Below, one piece after another: positions 6,668 through 15,062 of a stretch of 45,959 nucleotides of DNA; the stretch's first letter is position 1; each line of letters opens with the position of its first letter. The notes under the pieces were generated by a model. That model did not search any database, was not told where the DNA came from, and was given only the letters and a program-made list of their open reading frames with translations. The translations under genes and the position numbers were made by a program. Source of the stretch: a virus; the IMG/VR virus record IMGVR_UViG_3300009528_000009. One strand, written 5' to 3'.

Positions 6668-7579
6668 ATGGCAAGTATAATTAGAGGAATGGGAATTAGG
6701 CAGGAAACAATAGAGGACGTTTATTATGTAGATGGAGTAGCAGGGCTTGATACTAATGCTGGAACAACAGTAGCAGCTTCCTTCAAAACTATAGCCACGG
6801 CTCTTGATGCAGCTGATGACGACTATACTGATGATGCTATGACTTCAATCTATATAAAGCCTGGTGAGTACGAAGAAGATGACTTGCTGTTTGCAGGTCA
6901 TGGATTGAGACTTATTGGACTGGGTGTACCAGGTAGAGATAGTGGTGTTCATGTAGTAGCTCCTGACAATGCTTCGGCTTATGGCAGTATAGCATTGGCA
7001 GCAGCTAATGTTGAGATAGCAAATATTTGTTTTGAAATGGGAGCTAGTGCGCAGCCAGTATTGTATGCAGTAGCTATGGACAACTGTTGGATACATGACT
7101 GTACCTTCTACTGTGATTCAGTTCCAACTAATGTTTGTTGTGTAGAAGCACATGATATTAGAAATACCGTCATAGAGAAAAATAAGTTTTTTGGTGGAAA
7201 GACTTATGGATGGTACGGAATAAGTGGAGCAGATACGTATTTTATTGAATCTATCATACGAGACAATCTATTTGCTGGAAGTTCTGTTGGGGGCTATGGT
7301 AGTGGTGCAAAGGCTATATATATTCATACAGACCAAACAGTATATGGTAGTGTAATTGAGAATAACAAAATACTCATGGCAGCTGTTGCTGGAAGTCCCA
7401 TAGGAATTGATATTGACGCACATACTGATGACAGATGTGGGCTTATGATAAATGATAACTATGTACTGGTGCCTAGTGGCAAAACTCCCATTGAAACTGC
7501 TTTTGCTGTTCCTGGCATGCTTCATAATCATACTGCTGCTGGTACGACTATTGTTGACCCTAATCCAGTAGTAACTTAA
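6668..7579 (+). CDS. Right-handed beta-helix (pectin-lyase-fold) protein, putative tailspike/depolymerase
   Basis: The N-terminal segment YYVDGVAGLDTNAGT...FKTIATALDAA...IYIKPGEYEE is typical of beta-helix glycanases. Confidence 0.6.
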   Translation: MASIIRGMGIRQETIEDVYYVDGVAGLDTNAGTTVAASFKTIATALDAADDDYTDDAMTSIYIKPGEYEEDDLLFAGHGLRLIGLGVPGRDSGVHVVAPDNASAYGSIALAAANVEIANICFEMGASAQPVLYAVAMDNCWIHDCTFYCDSVPTNVCCVEAHDIRNTVIEKNKFFGGKTYGWYGISGADTYFIESIIRDNLFAGSSVGGYGSGAKAIYIHTDQTVYGSVIENNKILMAAVAGSPIGIDIDAHTDDRCGLMINDNYVLVPSGKTPIETAFAVPGMLHNHTAAGTTIVDPNPVVT

Positions 7580-7589
7580 GGAGGGAACC

Positions 7590-7778
7590 ATGCCAGACGA
7601 TATGATTAAAATCTATCGTTGGGATGTTTGTTCAAACTGTAGTGGAGATGGATTAGCTAACATGGTAGGTGATAGTGAAGAGGGCGAATGTCCTATGTGT
7701 GAGGGATTTGGTTTTGTTAAGTCAACAAGTTATTTTGAGCTTAATGTAACAGAACTTAAAGGTTACTTAGGACTATAG
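7590..7778 (+). CDS. DnaJ-type zinc-finger mini-protein (CxxCxGxG x2)
   Basis: Contains CSNCSGDG and CPMCEGFG. AAGGAGGG RBS. Confidence 0.7.
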   Translation: MPDDMIKIYRWDVCSNCSGDGLANMVGDSEEGECPMCEGFGFVKSTSYFELNVTELKGYLGL

Positions 7779-7784
7779 GAGGTG

Positions 7785-7883
7785 ATGATGAGACCAAAGG
7801 AATATGAGGGTAAGACGAAGGAAGAGATTTGGGGGCCTCCAGCTCCTAAACCTGTTAAGACTAGACAGGTTTCACCAAGATAA
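7785..7883 (+). CDS. Hypothetical small protein (32 aa)
   Basis: TAGGAGGTG RBS. Manual translation gives MMRPKEYEGKTKEEIWGPPAPKPVKTRQVSPR. Confidence 0.4.
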   Translation: MMRPKEYEGKTKEEIWGPPAPKPVKTRQVSPR

Positions 7884-7893
7884 AAAGAGCAAA

Positions 7894-8205
7894 ATGCCAC
7901 TTCATGTTGAACAAGTACAATCTTTGAATTATAGTGCTCCTGATACTGATGCAACTGTTAATACTACTGCTACTACTGAGATTGTACCTGCTAATTCTGC
8001 TCGTAAGTATTTGGTTATTGTAAATGCTAGTGATGTTATTATGTATTTAGCTGTTGGGGCTAATGCTGAAAAAACTAAAGGAATATATCTTGCTGCTAAT
8101 GGTGGAAGTTTTGAAATGATTACTGCAAACTTATCTGCTGAAGCTGTAGATGCAATATCTGCTTCTGGTAGTAGCAAGACTGTAACTGTTCAGGAGGCCA
8201 CATAA
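7894..8205 (+). CDS. Hypothetical small beta-rich protein (103 aa)
   Basis: Internal ATG of ORF 7804..8205. The upstream extension overlaps the better-supported small ORF 7785..7883. Confidence 0.6.
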   Translation: MPLHVEQVQSLNYSAPDTDATVNTTATTEIVPANSARKYLVIVNASDVIMYLAVGANAEKTKGIYLAANGGSFEMITANLSAEAVDAISASGSSKTVTVQEAT

Positions 8206-8447
8206 TACCTTTACATAATCCTCCAACGTTTACTATTCCGAAGGAACACGGACATTCTTCAAGTAAAAAACCTAAAAATGGAGTAAGTGTTATATTTGCT
8301 AAAGGGTTTTTAACTGTTCCAAGAATTTCTATATGCCCTTGGCAAAAAGGGGGAGTATGGCTTACTGAGGTTACTACAACTGGATTTATATGGAAAGGCG
8401 ATAAAAAGTCTTATGCGATAGATTGGATTGCTGTAGGAGAAATATAG
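8175..8447 (+). CDS. Open frame with no ATG/GTG/TTG start, encoding an H-type-lectin / fibre-tip-like domain
   Basis: Frame 0 is open over 8175..8447: ...HNPPTFTIPKEHGHSSSKKPKNGVSVIFAKGFLTVPRISICPWQKGGVWLTEVTTTGFIWKGDKKSYAIDWIAVGEI. This fits the F..F...P.V...V..VT.TGF...V.WIAVG pattern. No canonical in-frame start codon exists. Confidence 0.4.
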   Translation, partial: QDCNCSGGHIIPLHNPPTFTIPKEHGHSSSKKPKNGVSVIFAKGFLTVPRISICPWQKGGVWLTEVTTTGFIWKGDKKSYAIDWIAVGEI

Positions 8448-8454
8448 GAGGTGG

Positions 8455-8553
8455 ATGTTGAAACAAACTGTACAAAGCATAGATGAGACTAGAAACCAGC
8501 AGTGCTGGTGGAGGAATAAGCGTGGGAAATCTGCGTTAGACAAGGAGGAATGA
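8455..8553 (+). CDS. Hypothetical small protein (32 aa)
   Basis: TAGGAGGTGG RBS. The stop overlaps the next start (TGAAATG). Confidence 0.35.
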   Translation: MLKQTVQSIDETRNQQCWWRNKRGKSALDKEE

Positions 8554-8554
8554 A

Positions 8555-9559
8555 ATGTCTGGACTTTATTTGAAGAACAAGTTTGCTAAAGAATTAGTAA
8601 TGCGTCTGAAGCAGTCAACTGTAGGAAAGACGTATTATGTAGATGGGACGTATGGAAATGATAGTGGTTCAGGTCTATATCCGTTTGATGCTAAAAAGAC
8701 TGTTCAGGGGGGAGTGGATGCAGTAACCACAAATCGAGGGGATGTTGTTGTAGTCGGGGCTGGCAGGTATTATGAGAATGTACGTATTACCAAAAGTAAA
8801 ATGACTCTGATGGGGGCACAGACTGGAGGTAAGCAGTCTGTTAGTATTAGAGCTGCTGGAGCAGGATTAGCAGGAGCAGACCATGCAGAGGCTACTCCTC
8901 TGTATGGATATACCACGTTAGAAGGTTTAACGATACGTGGCTCTTGTGTTACAGTAAATGCAGCCTCTGTTGAAATTTGTGGACTTGAACTTGATACTTC
9001 TGGTTATCAATATGAGACAAGTCAGTACTATGTCTATTCTGGTATCTATGTAGGCGAAGGAACTAGAATCAGTTCTGGTTACAACTATGACTGTAATGGT
9101 TCTTACATCCATGATTGTATCTTCAAACGTGGTGCAACAGGAATATTGTATGATGGTGCTGCTGAAGATCATAGACTAGTAGATAATCTATTCTACCGAA
9201 CAGAGGGTGGTGCTACGAAGGGTGGCGTGTTTATCTGTCCAGGTAGTAACAGACAATCTCAGCGAATACTTATAGCAGATAATACCTTTATGGAAATGGA
9301 AGATTTGTGCTATGGTATCCTTGGATATAGCCATCCTGAGGTAAAGGCTGTTATGGTCTTACGTAATGCGTTCCTTTCAAAACAAGGTAAAGATATGACT
9401 GATGCTATCTGTTATCTTGGAACAGGAGAATGGTTGGTGGCGGGTAATTGGTTTGGATGCAGTAGTGCAGCTTCTATGGAGGGTAATAGTTGGACTGCAG
9501 GGAACTATGAAGGTTCAGCTGGAAATGACCCAATGACTCTATTCCTGACTGAGGCATAA
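8555..9559 (+). CDS. Second right-handed beta-helix protein, putative tailspike/depolymerase
   Basis: Contains YYVDGTYGNDSGSGLYPFDAKKTVQGGVDAV...GDVVVVGAGRYYENVRI. AAGGAGG RBS. Confidence 0.6.
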   Translation: MSGLYLKNKFAKELVMRLKQSTVGKTYYVDGTYGNDSGSGLYPFDAKKTVQGGVDAVTTNRGDVVVVGAGRYYENVRITKSKMTLMGAQTGGKQSVSIRAAGAGLAGADHAEATPLYGYTTLEGLTIRGSCVTVNAASVEICGLELDTSGYQYETSQYYVYSGIYVGEGTRISSGYNYDCNGSYIHDCIFKRGATGILYDGAAEDHRLVDNLFYRTEGGATKGGVFICPGSNRQSQRILIADNTFMEMEDLCYGILGYSHPEVKAVMVLRNAFLSKQGKDMTDAICYLGTGEWLVAGNWFGCSSAASMEGNSWTAGNYEGSAGNDPMTLFLTEA

Positions 9560-9561
9560 GA

Positions 9562-9732
9562 ATGTTATATCAAGTAAAATACATAGTGAGTGTAGTTGTT
9601 GAGGCAGAAGACGAGAATGAAGCGGGTGGGAAAGGTAGGAAGAGTGTTATAACTCATGCTGAGAATGATTGGTGGAATGAACACTTGTTGGGTGTTGAAG
9701 TGGAAAAAATGGGTAAGTTGGAAAGTGAATAA
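9562..9732 (+). CDS. Hypothetical small acidic protein (56 aa)
   Basis: Manual translation gives MLYQVKYIVSVVVEAEDENE... Followed by hairpin GGGGTAC/GTACCCC at 9738..9759. Confidence 0.4.
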   Translation: MLYQVKYIVSVVVEAEDENEAGGKGRKSVITHAENDWWNEHLLGVEVEKMGKLESE

Positions 9733-9770
9733 GGTATGGGGTACACCTTTAAGTACCCCACCAAACTCTA

Positions 9771-10445
9771 ATGAACAGAATCATTACACCGTACAAATCA
9801 GTACAAAAAGTTCTTATCGGTGTGCCGTTTGGACGACCCCAGGCTTTAATGCCTAGTCGTGCTTGGGTTGCACTGATTGTAAGTGCTTCAATAAATCCTA
9901 ACTATGTAGTAGTAGTAAAATATGCTGATGCAGCTTCTGTTGAAATTAACAGGGAACTCATTGTTAACACAGCTCTTGAGAAGAACTGTGATTGGTGTTT
10001 GATGATAGATACTGATATGAGCTATCCACCTAATCTCTTAGATGTGCTTATATCCAGAGACAAGGATGTAATTGGAGTGCCATATTACAGTCAAGGTTGG
10101 AATGATGAGACAAAACAAAGCACTGTCACGCCAGTTATTTATGATTATGATGAAAAGCAAAATTGGCATAGATGGGAGGAAGTTAAAAAGACTGAACCAT
10201 TTAAGGTAGAAGCAGTAGGGATGGGAATAATTCTCATAAAAACAGACGTATTCAAACGACTAAAACGACCTTGGTTCTTTGTCTCTACCTACGAGGATGA
10301 AGCGACTATTCTTCCTGTGGGAGAGGATATAAAATTTTGTATGAAGTGTAAGGATGCAGGAATTGAAGTATGGGTTGATCCTACATTTGAGGATAGCATT
10401 GGGCATTGGCATGGATATGGATTTAGCAAAAAGGATTGTAGATGA
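9771..10445 (+). CDS. GT-A fold glycosyltransferase (DxD = DTD), paralog 1
   Basis: Contains CDWCLMIDTDMSYPPNLL...VIGVPYY...GMGIILIK..VF..L..PWF...GEDIKFC. Clearly paralogous to 10442..11113. Confidence 0.75.
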   Translation: MNRIITPYKSVQKVLIGVPFGRPQALMPSRAWVALIVSASINPNYVVVVKYADAASVEINRELIVNTALEKNCDWCLMIDTDMSYPPNLLDVLISRDKDVIGVPYYSQGWNDETKQSTVTPVIYDYDEKQNWHRWEEVKKTEPFKVEAVGMGIILIKTDVFKRLKRPWFFVSTYEDEATILPVGEDIKFCMKCKDAGIEVWVDPTFEDSIGHWHGYGFSKKDCR

Positions 10446-11113
10446 GTAAAGTTCTCATTGGCATTCCCTTTGGACAATCTCAATCTATGATTCCTCATCA
10501 GGCTTGGACAGCTCTGATTGTTAAGGCTTCTGCAAATCCTAATTATACTGCATGTGGAGAATATGCTACTGCTGCTTCTATTGGTTTCAATAGAGAATAC
10601 ATAGCTGGTAGGTCTTTGGAGAAGGGATGTGACTGGTGCTTGATGGTTGATACTGACATGAGTTATCCAGATAACTTGTTAGATGTTCTCATGTCCAGAG
10701 ATAAAGATGTCATTGGTGTACCATACTATAGTGGAGTGTGGTCGCCTACAGGAACTAAAATTGTACCTATTCTTTACAACTATAATGAGAAAAAGGATAG
10801 TTGGGTTAGGCAAAAGAAGGTTGAGCAAACAGAACTGTTTAAGGTGGATGGAATGGGTGGGGGTGTAATGCTTATAAAAACAGATGTGTTCAAGAAGCTG
10901 GATAAGCCTTGGTTCCTTCATGGTAAGCATGGAGATAAAACTCATATTATGGGTGAGGATGTGTATTTTTGTTCAAAATGTAGCGATGCAGGAATAGACA
11001 TATGGCAAGACCCTACATTTGGTGATAAGGTCAAGCATTGGCACATGTATGGATATAGTAAGAAGGATTGTAGTGAGGGGGGAAGTACACAACGGCTTCC
11101 TATTCCTACTTAG
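10442..11113 (+). CDS. GT-A fold glycosyltransferase, paralog 2 (tandem duplicate)
   Basis: Same motif string (CDWCLMVDTDMSYPDNLL, GEDVYFC). ATGA overlap with paralog 1. Confidence 0.75.
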   Translation: MSKVLIGIPFGQSQSMIPHQAWTALIVKASANPNYTACGEYATAASIGFNREYIAGRSLEKGCDWCLMVDTDMSYPDNLLDVLMSRDKDVIGVPYYSGVWSPTGTKIVPILYNYNEKKDSWVRQKKVEQTELFKVDGMGGGVMLIKTDVFKKLDKPWFLHGKHGDKTHIMGEDVYFCSKCSDAGIDIWQDPTFGDKVKHWHMYGYSKKDCSEGGSTQRLPIPT

Positions 11114-11121
11114 GAGGAGAG

Positions 11122-11631
11122 ATGCCAGCAACTTTTGGAAAAATAACTAAGGGTGGTACTCCTGATTATGTGTCAGCAAATGGTTTGATGGGAATTAAGT
11201 TTACATCAGGTGGTGCGGGGACGCTTGAGTCTATTTCACTATATATACTAGATCATGCAGATAGTGATAAGGTTAAATGTGCTGTTTATGATGCTTCTCT
11301 TGGTTTACTATCAAATGGAACTACTGAAGAGAAAACAGTTACAGACAGTTACGATGACTGGATGACTTTTAATTTTGATACTGCCCCAGTTATTACAGCC
11401 TCAACAATTTACTGGTTGTGTTGGTGGGTAAATCAACGAATTGACGTATATTATGATGCCGGTACTACTGACCAAATGTTAATAGATAGTTTATCCTATG
11501 ATACTTGGCCTGATCCTGTAGTTCCAGATAGTTACCCTGATTTAGAATTTTCAATTTATGCAACTTACGCACCATTACAGATAAATGTCCATGATTGCAC
11601 TGACTTAGTAGATAAAGTTATTGGAGGTTAA
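11122..11631 (+). CDS. Beta-sandwich fibre/receptor-binding-like protein (169 aa)
   Basis: ORF track entry with a TAGGAGGAG RBS. Resembles DUF4082-type sandwich domains (weak). Confidence 0.5.
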   Translation: MPATFGKITKGGTPDYVSANGLMGIKFTSGGAGTLESISLYILDHADSDKVKCAVYDASLGLLSNGTTEEKTVTDSYDDWMTFNFDTAPVITASTIYWLCWWVNQRIDVYYDAGTTDQMLIDSLSYDTWPDPVVPDSYPDLEFSIYATYAPLQINVHDCTDLVDKVIGG

Positions 11632-11632
11632 T

Positions 11633-12121
11633 ATGAGTCATAGTAATGTAAAAATTGAGGGGTTTTCTAGGGTGAGAATCAGAAACAGTGATGGTACAAT
11701 AGCAGGAGATAGTGGATGGACTGGGCCTAACCAAATCACCAACCTTGGTGTTGCACACTACCTTTGTGCCAACTTAGGTAAGACCACTAACTCTAAGCAG
11801 GTGGGTTTTGCCTCACTAGGAGAGGGAGGCGCACCAGCAGCAGGTGATACTACGTTAGAGAGTGAATGCAGTGGAACTGGAGGTGTAGTTATTCGTAAAA
11901 CTGTATCTGCAGCTTCTAGTGGCAACACTACCGAGGAGTTCACAGTTACTTTTGGTTCGTCAGACTCTTTTGTACTTGCAGTTGAAAGCATTAGTAATAT
12001 TGGCCTCTTTGCAAGTAGTGCTGCGGGAACTCTCTTTGCAGGGAATAACTATACGTCTAGTAGTTGTGCAACGAATCAAGACGTAAACGCCACATATCAG
12101 ATAAGATTCGCTACTAGCTAG
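11633..12121 (+). CDS. Fibre-like structural protein, Ser/Thr/Gly-rich (162 aa)
   Basis: The internal ATG follows a GGAGG RBS. The pattern NQITNLG...LGEGG...GDTTLE...I.NIGLF is typical of phage fibre proteins. Confidence 0.55.
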   Translation: MSHSNVKIEGFSRVRIRNSDGTIAGDSGWTGPNQITNLGVAHYLCANLGKTTNSKQVGFASLGEGGAPAAGDTTLESECSGTGGVVIRKTVSAASSGNTTEEFTVTFGSSDSFVLAVESISNIGLFASSAAGTLFAGNNYTSSSCATNQDVNATYQIRFATS

Positions 12122-12149
12122 GGTTTGAGAGGTTTGGTAACATTCTGTT

Positions 12150-12629
12150 ATGTATAACATCAACAAAAACAAGGGCATTTTACTCGATGTAGGGGCTGGA
12201 GAAATTGAACGAAAGAACTTTATCAGGTTAGATAAACGTAAACTTCCAGGTATTGACATAGTGCATGACCTCGAAGTATTTCCTTACCCTCTACCTGATA
12301 ACTGCTGTTTGACAATAGTAGCTTCCCATATCTTAGAGCATATAAAGCCCTGGCTCTTTATAGAAGTAATGGATGAGCTATGGAGGATTATGAAGGTTGA
12401 TGGAAACCTTGCAGCCTCAGCTCCCTATGCTGGTTCAGTTGGGTACTGGCAAGACCCTACCCATTGCAATGGAATTACAGAGGGTACTTGGATGTATTTT
12501 GACCCTAAGTGTTTTCTCTACTCTGGATATAAGCCTCGTCCCTGGAACATTAGGAAGGGCTTTCCTGTATGGCAAGTTACTGGGAATATTGAAGTCGTGA
12601 TGGAGAAGATGAAAGATGGAAATACCTGA
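12150..12629 (+). CDS. Class I SAM-dependent methyltransferase
   Basis: LLDVGAGE is a motif I-like segment. Also IVASHILEHI and the RIMKVDGNL pattern. Confidence 0.65.
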   Translation: MYNINKNKGILLDVGAGEIERKNFIRLDKRKLPGIDIVHDLEVFPYPLPDNCCLTIVASHILEHIKPWLFIEVMDELWRIMKVDGNLAASAPYAGSVGYWQDPTHCNGITEGTWMYFDPKCFLYSGYKPRPWNIRKGFPVWQVTGNIEVVMEKMKDGNT

Positions 12630-13392
12630 CCAGGCTGTAGCAAAAAGACTGATGATAGGAATTCCTGTAACTGGCTTAGTGCGCTTTGAATGGGTAATGG
12701 CTCGATATAATCAAACTGTTCCTTGCAACTGGTCTCAGGTTGACTCTATTGAGTGGATTAAAACAGAGGCTCCTTATAGATACTTAGTGGCTGATGCAAG
12801 GAATATCCTAACTGCAAGGTTTGTAGAGCGAGACTATGAATGGCTCTTCTTTATTGACCACGATACAGTTCTTCCTTCTGGCACATTACTGAAGTGGAAT
12901 GAGAGGATGAGAAAGGTTGATGTACCAGTATGGTCAGGTCTCTACTTCTCTAAGTCAGTACCAGCAGAACCTCTCATCTACAGAGGCAGAGGAAACAGTT
13001 TCTACGACAAGTGGAAGATGGGGGATGAAGTGTGGTGTGATGGAATACCGATGGGCTGTACTATGATACATAAGTCCATTCTCAAGACTATCTATGATGA
13101 AAGTGAGGAGTATGAGCCTAAGACGGGTATTAAGGTTAGGAAGGTGTTTGAAACACCCTGTAACGAGTGGTTTGACCCTGAAAAGAGGGCTTGGCATAAG
13201 TCGGTAGGGACAGAAGATTTGCATTGGTGCACTAGAGTTATGAAGGATAACATATTCAAAAAGGCAGGGTGGCCTAAGTATCAAAGGAAGAAGTATCCCT
13301 TTATGGTTGATACGAACATATTTTGTAGACATATAGATTTTAATGGTATTCAGTTTCCAAGTTGTGGAGAAGAACAGGAGTTTATTAAGTGA
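12616..13392 (+). CDS. GT-A fold glycosyltransferase (third, divergent; DxD = DHD)
   Basis: Contains WLFFIDHDTVLPSGTL, GIPMGCTMIHKSIL and GTEDLHWC. Confidence 0.65.
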   Translation: MEIPDQAVAKRLMIGIPVTGLVRFEWVMARYNQTVPCNWSQVDSIEWIKTEAPYRYLVADARNILTARFVERDYEWLFFIDHDTVLPSGTLLKWNERMRKVDVPVWSGLYFSKSVPAEPLIYRGRGNSFYDKWKMGDEVWCDGIPMGCTMIHKSILKTIYDESEEYEPKTGIKVRKVFETPCNEWFDPEKRAWHKSVGTEDLHWCTRVMKDNIFKKAGWPKYQRKKYPFMVDTNIFCRHIDFNGIQFPSCGEEQEFIK

Positions 13393-14780
13393 GTGCCACG
13401 GTAGTTGTGACAGAGGATGTAACTGTAGTTGTAAATCCTATGAGGCCACAGATTGATGTGTATGACTCTGCCACTGTTACAGAAGATGTAGCAACAAGAC
13501 TTTCACTTGGCTCAATAGATGTCTATGACAGTGCAACTGTTACTGAGAGTGTTACCCCCAATCTTGTCTGTCTAATTAAACCTGTAACCATTACTGATAT
13601 CCAACTCTGGAGCAAACTCAACTCAGCAGCAGACGTAACCTTTCCTACTACTGGAACTGGAGGGGCTGAGGTAGGCTCTCCTACTTATGTGGCAGCTAAG
13701 TTTGGCAACGGTATTTTTAGTGACGTTGATAGTGAAGGATGTACATTTCCTACTGCTGCTAATTCAATCAATCTCGATAAGGGAACGATAGAGTTTTGGA
13801 CGAAGATGAATTTTGACGAAACAGATGTAGATACTCATTATTTTATTGACTTTTATGAGACTGGTTCTGGAGGAATACGTCTCTTTTTTCACAGAGATGC
13901 TGATGATTTTTATGTTCTTGTCTGGTCAGAAGGTAACTTAAAGGTAAATATGGTTACAACAGGGATGACATGGAGTTCTGGAGACCTTTTACATTTTGGC
14001 CTTACATGGGATAGAGAAGGAAATGACATAGGAAGTTCTAAAACAATAGCTTTATACATAGACAATGTGGAAAAGGTCAGTTCAACTACTACATGGAATA
14101 CAGATGCTGTTAATGCAAATCTTTATGTAGGAATTGAGAAAGGTGGTATTCTGCACTCTGACGCAGTTATAGACAACCTCAAGACCTACGATGTATGTAA
14201 GACTGACTTTAGCCATAAAGAGATTGAGGGAGTTTCATTTGGCCCCGTTGAAAGGGTTACTGCTTCTGAATCAATAGCAATGACAGGAGCCTCTTACGTC
14301 AGTGTTTCTGACAATGTAATTGTTACTGATGTAGATTGTGTCAAACTACTTACTCTCTTTAACCTAGCAGTTGATGATTCAATTACAGTAACAGAGGATA
14401 TTGCTCGACGTCTTACATCTAATATTTCAGTGTATGACTCTGTTCTATTAACAGAACTGGTTTCAACTATAGCAAGTCTTGGAGACATTGAAGTCTCTGA
14501 CAACGTTACAGTTACTGAGAATGTAGTTACCTGTCTTGTCAATCTCATCTCGACAAATGACAGTGTAACAATAACTGATACTGTCTCAGCCATTGCTTCT
14601 CTAGCAGGTATCAGTGTTTACGATACTGTTACCATTATTGAGAAGTTATACTTTGAGTGGTGGATAGGAGTTGATGAACCTACACCTGACTGGACTGACC
14701 TAGAACCAGAAGCAGATGATCCTACTGACCCTGACTGGACAGATATAGAACCTGAAGAGACAGGGTGGACTGATGTATAA
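13389..14780 (+). CDS. LamG/concanavalin-like lectin-domain protein flanked by ~20-aa periodic repeats
   Basis: The central part reads GTIEFWTKMNF...YFIDFYE...IRLFFHRDADDFYVLVW...LHFGLTWD...LYIDNV. The flanking repeats have the form I.V.D.VTVTE.V. The tail is acidic: PDWTD(L/I)EPE x2. Confidence 0.6.
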   Translation: MSATVVVTEDVTVVVNPMRPQIDVYDSATVTEDVATRLSLGSIDVYDSATVTESVTPNLVCLIKPVTITDIQLWSKLNSAADVTFPTTGTGGAEVGSPTYVAAKFGNGIFSDVDSEGCTFPTAANSINLDKGTIEFWTKMNFDETDVDTHYFIDFYETGSGGIRLFFHRDADDFYVLVWSEGNLKVNMVTTGMTWSSGDLLHFGLTWDREGNDIGSSKTIALYIDNVEKVSSTTTWNTDAVNANLYVGIEKGGILHSDAVIDNLKTYDVCKTDFSHKEIEGVSFGPVERVTASESIAMTGASYVSVSDNVIVTDVDCVKLLTLFNLAVDDSITVTEDIARRLTSNISVYDSVLLTELVSTIASLGDIEVSDNVTVTENVVTCLVNLISTNDSVTITDTVSAIASLAGISVYDTVTIIEKLYFEWWIGVDEPTPDWTDLEPEADDPTDPDWTDIEPEETGWTDV

Positions 14781-14855
14781 GAGGAAAGGGAATAGACATA
14801 GAAGACACAGTAAGTTTACGTGGAAGAGTCAGAAGGCGAGACATAGGAGGTAAGC

Positions 14856-15062
14856 ATGTCTCCGTATACAAGGAAAGGCAAAGTTGTATATAAAAAGGTT
14901 GATGGGCTGAAGAAGAAGGGTAAGGCTAAAAGTGTGGTGAAGGCAAAACGCTATATGAATTTGCTATACGGAGTTGAAAGTGGAAAATGGAAACCGACTG
15001 GAAAACGTGCTAGAGATGTGCAGAAGTATGGTAGTGCTTGGAAGGGTGGGAGGAAAAAGTAA
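14856..15062 (+). CDS. Highly basic small protein (68 aa)
   Basis: ORF track entry with a TAGGAGG RBS. Lys/Arg-rich. Confidence 0.65.
   Translation: MSPYTRKGKVVYKKVDGLKKKGKAKSVVKAKRYMNLLYGVESGKWKPTGKRARDVQKYGSAWKGGRKK

Noticed and set aside
9656-9856. 66-aa plus-strand ORF bridging the 9562..9732 ORF and the first glycosyltransferase
   Set aside because: It overlaps better-supported frames on the same strand, has no RBS, and reads across a hairpin.
13389-14780. Diversity-generating retroelement target (repeats plus lectin-fold variable protein)
   Set aside because: No reverse transcriptase and no template-repeat/variable-repeat nucleotide pair were found anywhere in the genome. The repeats are protein-level periodic repeats.
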